From IMG/VR virus record IMGVR_UViG_3300045988_036506: a stretch of DNA of 11,898 nucleotides, one strand, 5' to 3'. A program made the position numbers and the translations under genes. Positions 5,345 through 11,898 of the stretch are shown here, in pieces. Under the pieces are notes generated by a model. The model had not been told where the DNA came from, ran no database searches, and saw only the letters and a list, made by a program, of their open reading frames with translations. Positions within the stretch are counted from its first letter, which is position 1. Every line of letters starts with the position of its first letter. The DNA comes from a virus.

Positions 5345-6410
5345 CTTTGTTTTCTTTTTCTTCTTTTTCTTCTGTTTCTTCTGTTTCCGTTTCTGTTTCT
5401 TCTGTTTCTGTTTCTGTTTCTTCTGTTTCTTCTGTTTCTTCTGTTTCTGTTTCCGTTTCTTCTGTTTCTTGCGTTTCTTCTGTTTCGTTTTCCGTTACAG
5501 TGTCAACGTCTTCTGTATCGGTGTGGTCGTGCCCGTCTTCTGTGGCTTTGAGCAACGATAAATAATTTTCGTGTTCAATCTTCCAGCTAGACCCCAAAGT
5601 TACGGTTATGTCCGTGCCGAACATTTCGTTAACACGTTTCACACCCTCAACACGTTCATTTAGCATTGAATCAACGAACGGCATTAAAGCGTCAATATTC
5701 ATTGAAACCTCTTGCGTGTTCAAACGTTCACGTTTCATATTATAGTTTGCATTCAAACCTAAATCGTTGAACATTGATGCTTTGTAATACTGCAAAAGTT
5801 CAATTAATTGCCCGATTTGCTGGTTTCCCTGTGTCGGTGGGGTCTGCAGGTTAACACCTTTGAAAAAGGCATTTTCCCCGATTACTGAGAAATCACCGTT
5901 CAAAATCTTCTGCAAAAAAGATTCTGCGCTTTGTTTTGTTTTATCATCACTAGCAGAAATAAGCATTGTGATTCTAGTTAAAATACTAGCCAAATTAAGC
6001 GTTATTGTTGCGTCGGTGTAAAGAACGCCATATTTGCCAATTAACGGCAAAAGTGAATCTGCAAACGGTGTGTTGTTGATAACGACAATATCGGAATCAA
6101 TTTTAAACGTTTTGTTCACATTCAACCACGGGTTTGCTACAACGTAATATTTGCCGTGATAATAGGCATCACATTCACCAACCCGTGTTCCATTCAGTGC
6201 ATACAGTTCACCGTTCACTTCTGCTATTCCAACGTTACCCGATGTCTGCAGAATCTTTTCAAGTTCAACGGGCGGCATCGTTTCGGGTGCGCCCGTATAT
6301 TCAAACATCCTTGAAGTCATACAAAGAACTCGTTGCATAAACGTGAATAATGCTGAATCTTTGTTTTTAACTTCTGTTTGATACCTGTTGTATAAGTTTT
6401 CTTTCTCCAT
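5334..6410 (-). CDS. Portal (head-tail connector) protein, phi29 gp10-like, with an acidic Glu/Thr repeat C-terminal tail
   Basis: [31 protein letters not shown] resembles phi29 gp10 [57 protein letters not shown] resembles [26 protein letters not shown]. Both phi29 strings are recalled from memory. The last ~60 aa read ...[52 protein letters not shown]. Confidence 0.85.
   Translation of the reverse strand: [358 protein letters not shown]
5345..5490. repeat. Imperfect GTTTCT / TCT (6- and 3-nt) tandem repeat tract encoding the portal acidic tail
   Basis: The plus strand reads ...ttctgtttcttctgtttccgtttctgtttcttctgtttctgtttctgtttcttctgtttc.... It also generates the spurious F/C-rich and S/V-rich plus-strand ORFs 5142..5561 and 5338..5565. 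Confidence 0.9.
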
Positions 6411-6604
6411 TATTTAACATGCGTTTTAATTAAGGTACAAAGTTCTGTTAACACCTTAGTGTTACTTTGCACGGTTTCGTTCAACTTGTCGGTTTCCTGC
6501 TGGTGGCGTTCGTTTTGTTTCTCCATATAGAAGAAAAGGGCGATACAAACCGCTACAGGAAAACCAACGTTACCAACTAGGGATACAATAGCGTTCACAT
6601 CCAT
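6410..6604 (-). CDS. Small single-pass membrane protein (64 aa), a holin candidate with possible YvrJ-family resemblance
   Basis: The N-terminal hydrophobic segment IVSLVGNVGFPVAVCIALFFY is followed by a charged helical tail. It is the first gene after the late promoter, and its stop overlaps the portal ATG by 1 nt. The LVGNVGFP...Y..EK pattern recalls YvrJ-family proteins from memory only. Confidence 0.6.
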   Translation of the reverse strand: MDVNAIVSLVGNVGFPVAVCIALFFYMEKQNERHQQETDKLNETVQSNTKVLTELCTLIKTHVK

Positions 6605-6636
6605 ATAGCAAAATTTAACTTTGTTATTTTACGATG

Positions 6637-6668
6637 CAAAGATAATACTATTATTTGGTATTACCAAA
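6637..6668 (-). promoter_or_regulatory. Late (structural-operon) promoter, Bacteroidota sigma-A type
   Basis: The minus strand reads TTTG (6668..6665), a 20-nt spacer, then TATCTTTG (6644..6637), followed by CATCGT. Spacing and the extended -7 box (TATCTTTGCAnCGT) match the two terminal promoters. The -33 box lies within the 21-bp palindrome at 6651..6671. Confidence 0.65.
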
Positions 6669-6671
6669 TAA

Positions 6672-6715
6672 AACGGGGGAAAAGTGTTCCACGTGAAACA
6701 TTTTTAACCCCCGTT
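6672..6715 (-). terminator. Terminator hairpin after the early operon, with a CACGTGAAACATTT motif copy embedded in the stem
   Basis: AACGGGGG (6672..6679) pairs with CCCCCGTT (6708..6715). The interior TGTTCCACGTGAAACA is largely self-complementary. On the minus strand the hairpin is followed by UUAUUUGG. It lies 9 nt after the ATPase stop codon. Confidence 0.7.
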
Positions 6716-6723
6716 AACAGATA

Positions 6724-7863
6724 TTAAGTAATAATGTTACTTCTTGCGCTTGCCATCAAGTAATTACGCACAATTTCACCTATTTCGTTATTTTGATAAA
6801 ATACCTTATCGGTTGCGAAATACTTCGTTATCTGAGATTCTACAAACGTTGCATTGCTCAACAACTTTCGCTTATAGTTCGGCTTGCCGTTCATCTGCAG
6901 CGAATAAATCAAACTGTTGTCCGTGTCCTTAATCGGGGTTGTCTTGCTGTGAATGTAAATGAAGTTATTCACCCCCGTTTCTTCGTCTTCCAACTGAATA
7001 ACGTTGCCCTGTAAGGTCATTTCGTTAAACTGAATGTAAAAGACAAACAATACGTCATTCGGTTTGTATTTTACAGGCAAATGGGGATATGCAGCGAGTT
7101 CCCATTTACCGCCCGTAATCATTTGCAAATTCTCATTGTCGAAACAGAAATACTTGTTGCTCGCCTTGTGCTTGACAATCGTGCTGCAATATTCTACTGC
7201 AACGGTTGCACCGTGTTCACCGAATTTATAAATATCTATTGTTCCCTGTTCCATTGCACGAACTTGTTTCAATCCCATTTCTGAGAAATACGGGCAAAAC
7301 TGATTCACGGTGTTACCCAGCATAAAAACTTTAACATCGTTTCTCTGTCGAATAATCGTGCTTAACAGGTTCATATACAGCATAAATTCATCGGGTAAAT
7401 AATAACGTCTTGTCAGGAACTCATCAAATACCACGGTTGTTATATTCGGGTAACTGCTGGATTTTTCGTGTTCCTGTTCTGATAAACAGAAACCAAAACA
7501 AAACGGGGTGCTGTCGGGTACACGTTTCTTTGTTTCGGCATCGTAGGACGAAAGAAACCATTTACCCGAAATATAAAACACTTCGTTAAACTTACCACCT
7601 GTCAGTTCCTGTATTACGCCATTTGCAACGTGATTTGAAAACAGACTTTCGGCACGTTTGCCCCTTAAATCTTCGCGCCATCTACGAATATACGCCATTT
7701 GCTTTCCTGTGCGCAAATATTCTTTGATGCCATACAATAACGTTGCATACGTTTTACCGTTGGAACGTTCACCAAAAATAACGTTGTAATCGGCATTCTT
7801 TGATAAAATGCGATTCAACGTGTAAAATTTCGGCGTTTCTACATTTTCTTTCTTCTGTTTCAT
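6724..7863 (-). CDS. DNA encapsidation (packaging) ATPase, phi29 gp16-like
   Basis: Walker A is FGERSNGKTYA (nt 7750..7773 encode GERSNGKT). Walker B is PNITTVVFDEFL. MAYIRRWREDL, SSSYPNITTVVFDEF and LPDEFMLYMNLLSTIIRQRNDVKVFMLGNTVNQFCPYF are collinear with phi29 gp16 FIYVRRYKPEL, SNAYPNVSTIVFDEF and IPNEVSALLNLMDTVFRNRERVRCICLSNAVSVVNPYF, recalled from memory. Confidence 0.9.
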   Translation of the reverse strand: MKQKKENVETPKFYTLNRILSKNADYNVIFGERSNGKTYATLLYGIKEYLRTGKQMAYIRRWREDLRGKRAESLFSNHVANGVIQELTGGKFNEVFYISGKWFLSSYDAETKKRVPDSTPFCFGFCLSEQEHEKSSSYPNITTVVFDEFLTRRYYLPDEFMLYMNLLSTIIRQRNDVKVFMLGNTVNQFCPYFSEMGLKQVRAMEQGTIDIYKFGEHGATVAVEYCSTIVKHKASNKYFCFDNENLQMITGGKWELAAYPHLPVKYKPNDVLFVFYIQFNEMTLQGNVIQLEDEETGVNNFIYIHSKTTPIKDTDNSLIYSLQMNGKPNYKRKLLSNATFVESQITKYFATDKVFYQNNEIGEIVRNYLMASARSNIIT

Positions 7864-7864
7864 A

Positions 7865-10072
7865 TTATTCTTTCTTTAATCTGATTCCCATTAAATAATT
7901 AATATAAAGAACTGAAAGACTTAAAGTGTACCCCGTTGGCTCTAAGTGAACACCAGTTAACGTGTCGTAACTTGAAACCGTACCTTTGTAATCTTTTATC
8001 GTTCCCGTCTGTTCATAATCAATATATGTGTGAATGTTCTTACCTGTTGCCGATGGCGGTATATCTAGATAATTTGTGAATGCGTCAAATATCCCACTTT
8101 CACCAAACGTTTCTAACATATACGGGATAGCAGATTTTTTGTTAACGCCCGAAACGGTCATTGAGTAATCGTAATCTTTGCCGTTTACTGTAAGGGCGTT
8201 TTCTTCCTGTACCATATAGCGTTTTGCACCTAAAGTTTTGAAACGGGTGTAACGCCCCTCATAGTCCCAAACCCCCAACGGTTTTGCGATTCCCCTTATC
8301 GTGACGGGTTCAACCTTTTCAAACGGTATTTTATGATGCTTACAGGCGGCACGTAATTTTCTTTGCGCTAAATCGTTGTAGGCCTTGAAATATTCTTTGT
8401 GTGCATCACCGTTCATTATTTTAACGGAATCTGTGTCACTGTATATGTAATCGTCACCACATTCCGAAATACCCGTAAAAAGGTTGCGTCTGGCATAAGC
8501 GGTAACATAAATACCCCACGGGTAAAACAAAAAGCGGTTTTTACTATCATTATATTTATTTAGCATTACTAATTGTTTTTCGCCTGTAAGGTGTTCAATA
8601 TCCCACGTTTCACCATCACATAAAATTTCATCACGCAACGGGTTTGTAACACACATACCGTAACAACTGTTCAGCATTTCTTTGCTATTCAAATACTCAA
8701 CCTCTTTTCCCTTAACACCTTTTAATTTTGTTTTCATTTCATACAGGTGCAGAATAGATTCTACAAATTCGGTCGGCAAATATTCTTTTCGGTAGCATAT
8801 CATTCGCCCGATTCTTATTTGTTCCCACGTGTAAAACTGTGAAAACACTTTGTAATCTATTTCTGTAATAGTCATACATATTTTCTTAGCACAAACCAAA
8901 CGCCCGTTGTTTTCGGAAACATTTTCTTTCACGAAGCATTTACTAACAGAAATTGGATTCTCGTTTTCTGATTTTGCAAAAATGTTTGTTATCTCTACAT
9001 CAAACACGCAACAGAATTTACTACACATAAACTCAAATTGTTTCATTGATTTAACAGGAACAACAACACCCGTGCTCATCGGAAACTTTTCTGAAACCAT
9101 CACATACGGGTAACTACTGGTAAAATCGTAACTGTCTACGTTTTCTATAACTTCATCGGTATATTTTGCGTTGGCGTGTGTAAAACCGCCCGAAAACGCC
9201 CGTTGTAACATTGCAAATTCTTCCATACCTGTTATATTCAAAGAATGAATCTTATCAATGTATTTAAAGTTTGGAATCGTTTTGCCTGTTTCGTCAGTTG
9301 CCTTAAAACATACCGAACGGCAATATTTACGCACAAACCCCGTTTTTGTAACCGGTAAACGTGTTATTCCTTTGTACTGTTCGATTAATTCCTGTATGTA
9401 ACACATCACCACTTTTATATCATTCAAGCAATAACCAATTTCTTTTTGCGTTAACGGTGTTCTACTGTGACGTAACAAACTGTAATCTAAATCACCTACC
9501 AACTTTTCACATTTATATTTGTGAAGCTGTTCACCCAATTTCGCCAACGAATAACCCGAAAGCAAATAAGAACATCGGAACTCTAGACCCGTTTTTGTTA
9601 CACCGTAAATCGGTTTACGCAAATCTATTGAGAAAACTTTTTCCCAATCTAACATTTCACGGAAAAATTGGAACTCGTATGCCAAATTGTGAACGTATAT
9701 GATAATGCGTTTCTTTGGGCAAAGTTTCAATATATCCACGATTTCGGATAACATTTGCAAAAATTCATCCCACGTTCTGCCAATTATGCAAAAACCGTTT
9801 ATTCCAAATTGCCAAACATACATTAAAGAACATTTTTCCATTTTGGTTTGCTTGCCGCCTAATTTCATATAACGTTCGTAACTGTATGTTTCCCCGTCTT
9901 CATCCCTGTAAAATGAAGTTGTTTCAATATCGAAAGATACAGGCACGTTTAAGAACTTTTCGCCCTTATTGTTGCCTGTAAAATTCTTTTCATTCACCGC
10001 CAAAGATAAAACCTTTGCAATATCTTTAGGCGTGTAAATTTCTGTATGTAGTTCAAAGGGTATTTTCTTCAT
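7865..10072 (-). CDS. Protein-primed family-B DNA polymerase (735 aa)
   Basis: All hallmark motifs are present in order. They are ExoI FDIETT (D48/E50), ExoII HNLAYEFQF (N129), ExoIII YCLNDIK (Y214/D218), FSGGF (the YxGG/A equivalent), motif A DFTSSYP (D316), motif B KEMLNSCYG (K464), motif C YSDTDS (nt 8426..8443, checked against the DNA) and KxY as GAKRYM (K617). Long inserts between motifs A-B and B-C fit TPR1/TPR2-type regions. Confidence 0.95.
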   Translation of the reverse strand: MKKIPFELHTEIYTPKDIAKVLSLAVNEKNFTGNNKGEKFLNVPVSFDIETTSFYRDEDGETYSYERYMKLGGKQTKMEKCSLMYVWQFGINGFCIIGRTWDEFLQMLSEIVDILKLCPKKRIIIYVHNLAYEFQFFREMLDWEKVFSIDLRKPIYGVTKTGLEFRCSYLLSGYSLAKLGEQLHKYKCEKLVGDLDYSLLRHSRTPLTQKEIGYCLNDIKVVMCYIQELIEQYKGITRLPVTKTGFVRKYCRSVCFKATDETGKTIPNFKYIDKIHSLNITGMEEFAMLQRAFSGGFTHANAKYTDEVIENVDSYDFTSSYPYVMVSEKFPMSTGVVVPVKSMKQFEFMCSKFCCVFDVEITNIFAKSENENPISVSKCFVKENVSENNGRLVCAKKICMTITEIDYKVFSQFYTWEQIRIGRMICYRKEYLPTEFVESILHLYEMKTKLKGVKGKEVEYLNSKEMLNSCYGMCVTNPLRDEILCDGETWDIEHLTGEKQLVMLNKYNDSKNRFLFYPWGIYVTAYARRNLFTGISECGDDYIYSDTDSVKIMNGDAHKEYFKAYNDLAQRKLRAACKHHKIPFEKVEPVTIRGIAKPLGVWDYEGRYTRFKTLGAKRYMVQEENALTVNGKDYDYSMTVSGVNKKSAIPYMLETFGESGIFDAFTNYLDIPPSATGKNIHTYIDYEQTGTIKDYKGTVSSYDTLTGVHLEPTGYTLSLSVLYINYLMGIRLKKE

Positions 10073-10743
10073 TATAAACCAAATTTTTCAAATTCTGATA
10101 GAATCTTTTTTAACGGTTCATCCGTTTTGAAATGGTCAACACCGTTCACGAAAGCCTCTGAATTCGGGTCTTTTGCTATTTGTTCGATAGCTGCATCTAA
10201 GGCGTTTTCAATTTTAACGGCATCGTCTTCGATTTGGTCGGACACGTCACGGGATTCTTGTTCAAGTTCACCCGTAAAATCTTTGTATTGCATTAAGTAT
10301 TGTTCCAAAAATCGTTCATCGGAAACACTTGCAATTTTACCCATCAATTTGTCTTGCATCAACTTAAATTCTTCATCATTTAATTTGTAAGACTTCTTTA
10401 AATGGTTTGAATATTCACGTGTACCACTTGCCGTTGATGTAGGCTGTTGCAAAAATGAAATCGCTTTGGAATATTCGATTTTTAAATCGTTCCAATCGTG
10501 TTTCATCGAAAACTTTGTGAATCGCTTAATATCACCCTTATTTAACGCAACAACTGCGGGCGAAACAAAACCAGACCTTTCCACATTCTGAATGCGCCTG
10601 TTTGCCTGTTGAAACACACGGGCGATTTCTTTGCGCAAATAGCCACGGGATTCTATTGCATCCATAATTTGCTTGTCAACGTGTATTTTTGCCGTTGATG
10701 CAAACGTTCTTTTTGAAAACCCAATCGGATTTAACTTTGCCAT
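10072..10743 (-). CDS. Putative terminal protein (223 aa)
   Basis: It lies immediately upstream of the polymerase, with a 1-nt stop/start overlap, as in phi29 gene 3 and gene 2. The N-terminal half is basic and the C-terminal half strongly acidic (ELEQESRDVSDQIEDDAVKIE...). The C-terminus KILSEFEKFGL recalls phi29 TP KILSYLEQY...KGF. Similarity is weak and recalled, and the priming residue is not identified. Confidence 0.6.
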   Translation of the reverse strand: MAKLNPIGFSKRTFASTAKIHVDKQIMDAIESRGYLRKEIARVFQQANRRIQNVERSGFVSPAVVALNKGDIKRFTKFSMKHDWNDLKIEYSKAISFLQQPTSTASGTREYSNHLKKSYKLNDEEFKLMQDKLMGKIASVSDERFLEQYLMQYKDFTGELEQESRDVSDQIEDDAVKIENALDAAIEQIAKDPNSEAFVNGVDHFKTDEPLKKILSEFEKFGL

Positions 10744-10771
10744 AATATCAACACTTTTAAATGAAATAAAA

Positions 10772-10811
10772 ACGGGGGTAACAATAACTTTTAATTACTG
10801 TTTACCCCCGT
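10772..10811 (-). terminator. Intrinsic terminator or attenuator between the small early genes and the terminal protein/polymerase genes
   Basis: The minus-strand RNA would read ACGGGGGUAA-...-UUACCCCCGU (10-bp stem) followed by UUUUAUUUCAUUU. Its G5/C5 stem arms match those of the 6672..6715 hairpin. Confidence 0.7.
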
Positions 10812-10838
10812 GACGTTATCCACCCTTACCCTACAAAA

Positions 10839-11204
10839 CTACTTATCTACAAAGGTAATACCGTAACACTTTTTGGTGTGCGATTCATATTCATAAATCG
10901 TGTAACCAACTTTGTTTGCTTTGATAGCGTCAACCGCCTCACTATTAGCGAGAATCTCTCGCACCGTGTCACCTGTGAACTGTGGCAAATTCACAAGACG
11001 CTTGTTTTCTGCGTCAATAATTACAGGTGAATCGCCCAACTGTGATTTGTGAACGTACATACCATTGACAGGGTGTACTACATCACCGCCACCGTCTTTT
11101 TTACTGTTGTAAATGTCGGTCAACTTCACAAACGGAAAATCGGTCGTATCAATACCAAAACTAGTCTTATTGAAAGTACTAGCAAAACTAAAACCCTTAG
11201 CCAT
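10839..11204 (-). CDS. Early protein (121 aa), possibly a single-stranded or double-stranded DNA-binding protein
   Basis: The ORF is clean, with an ATG start and a terminator downstream. Its size and early-operon position parallel phi29 p5 (124 aa). No diagnostic motif was found, so the function is positional inference only. Confidence 0.5.
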   Translation of the reverse strand: MAKGFSFASTFNKTSFGIDTTDFPFVKLTDIYNSKKDGGGDVVHPVNGMYVHKSQLGDSPVIIDAENKRLVNLPQFTGDTVREILANSEAVDAIKANKVGYTIYEYESHTKKCYGITFVDK

Positions 11205-11252
11205 AACTTTAAACTTTTAAAAACGTTGAACTTCTGATGCCCGTGAACTGTG

Positions 11253-11420
11253 TTACTTTACTTCATTCACCCCGTTTGCTGCTGCAAACTCGTTCAACCA
11301 CTTCTTAAAGCGGTTCAACTTGATAACCGCCTTATCGTCTTTTGCGACTTCGTTTGAAGTCATAAGAGCGTTAACACTAGTGATGCAGTTGAAAACAGTC
11401 TCATTAAAATTCTCATTCAT
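11253..11420 (-). CDS. Small early ORF (55 aa), not in the supplied track
   Basis: I translated it by hand as MNENFNETVFNCITSVNALMTSNEVAKDDKAVIKLNRFKKWLNEFAAANGVNEVK*. It is the first ATG (11420..11418) about 43 nt downstream of the right promoter's predicted start, and it fills an otherwise empty gap. Confidence 0.45.
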   Translation of the reverse strand: MNENFNETVFNCITSVNALMTSNEVAKDDKAVIKLNRFKKWLNEFAAANGVNEVK

Positions 11421-11469
11421 AATTACCTAATTTAAATTGTTAAACTTATATTGTTTCTTAAACACGGTG

Positions 11470-11501
11470 CAAAGATACAACGATTTTGCGAAACCACCAA
11501 A
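11470..11501 (-). promoter_or_regulatory. Right-arm early promoter, Bacteroidota sigma-A type
   Basis: The minus strand reads TTTG (11501..11498), a 20-nt spacer, then TATCTTTG (11477..11470), followed by CACCGTG. The 53-nt block 11463..11515 matches 354..406 at 47 of 53 positions in inverted orientation. Confidence 0.65.
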
Positions 11502-11557
11502 TTATTTTCGTTAAAAAGTCTTAAAGAAATAAATTAACTGTTGTTAACACTTGTAAC

Positions 11558-11640
11558 GGTCCACGTGAAACATTTGTAACATCACCCCTCATTTGTTTCA
11601 CGTGAAACATTTGTCGCCACTGTTCCACGTGAAACATTTG
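11558..11640. promoter_or_regulatory. Three copies of the CACGTGAAACATTT motif at the right end, one outside the ITR
   Basis: GGTCCACGTGAAACATTT lies at 11558..11575, inboard of the ITR boundary, with no counterpart on the left. The ITR copies lie at 11591..11611 and 11621..11640. The cores are at 11562, 11599 and 11626. Confidence 0.6.
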
Positions 11641-11898
11641 AAACATTATTTTTGTGAAAGTTTAACAAAAGTAACGGTGTGCTAAATGTGTTAAATGTGT
11701 TAAATGTGTTAAATGTGTTAAATGCGTTAAATGCGTTAAAGAATCGTAAATCCGGCTCGCAGCAAAAAGCGTGCCAAAGTGTGCCAAAGTGTGTTAAAGA
11801 ATCGTAAATCCGGCTCGCAGCAAAAAGCGTGCCAAACTGTTTTAATTAGAGTTAAATTTTGTTGGGAAATGTTAAATTTGGGTGCCTAGTGTACCTTT
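11582..11898. repeat. Right inverted terminal repeat (ITR-R), 317 bp
   Basis: It is the exact reverse complement of 1..317. It contains the mirrored 9-bp array (11681..11734) and the mirrored 44-bp direct repeats (11735..11778 and 11793..11836). Confidence 0.97.

Noticed and set aside
5142-5565. Plus-strand ORFs with striking F/C-rich (FFFFFFFCFFCFRFCFFCF...) and S/V-rich (SSVSSVSVSVSS...) translations.
   Set aside because: They are the antisense readout of the GTTTCT/TCT repeat that encodes the acidic Glu/Thr tail of the portal on the minus strand. They are a repeat artefact, not separate genes.

Overview
The window appears to be a complete linear dsDNA replicon. Bases 1..317 are the exact reverse complement of 11582..11898, so the sequence starts and ends on a 317-bp inverted terminal repeat (ITR). 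The 5' end reads AAAGG, recalling the phi29 end AAAGTA. The coding content is a very small (11.9 kb) phi29-like, protein-primed podovirus.

Gene layout:
- Minus strand, early operon from the right end: two small ORFs, a putative terminal protein, a protein-primed family-B DNA polymerase, and a phi29 gp16-like encapsidation ATPase.
- Minus strand, late operon: a small membrane protein, a phi29 gp10-like portal with an acidic Glu/Thr repeat tail, a possible scaffold, an HK97-type major capsid protein, and two tail proteins.
- Plus strand, short left arm running inward: two small ORFs and a peptidase M15-type endolysin. The two arms converge on a bidirectional terminator with a 17-bp stem.

Non-coding signals:
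- Three promoters share one architecture, TTTG-N20-TAtcTTTGCAnCGT. This matches the Bacteroidota sigma-A consensus (-33 TTTG, -7 TAnnTTTG).
- No Shine-Dalgarno sequences are visible upstream of the starts I checked. Together with the promoters, this points to a Bacteroidota host, which would be unusual for this phage type.
- A 14-15 nt motif, CACGTGAAACATTT, occurs six times and only in non-coding DNA upstream of those promoters. One copy sits inside the early/late terminator hairpin.
- Each ITR contains a 44-bp direct repeat (2 copies) and a 9-bp tandem array (6 units).

Protein identifications rest on motifs read from the translations and on recalled similarity to phi29 proteins. No database search was run.
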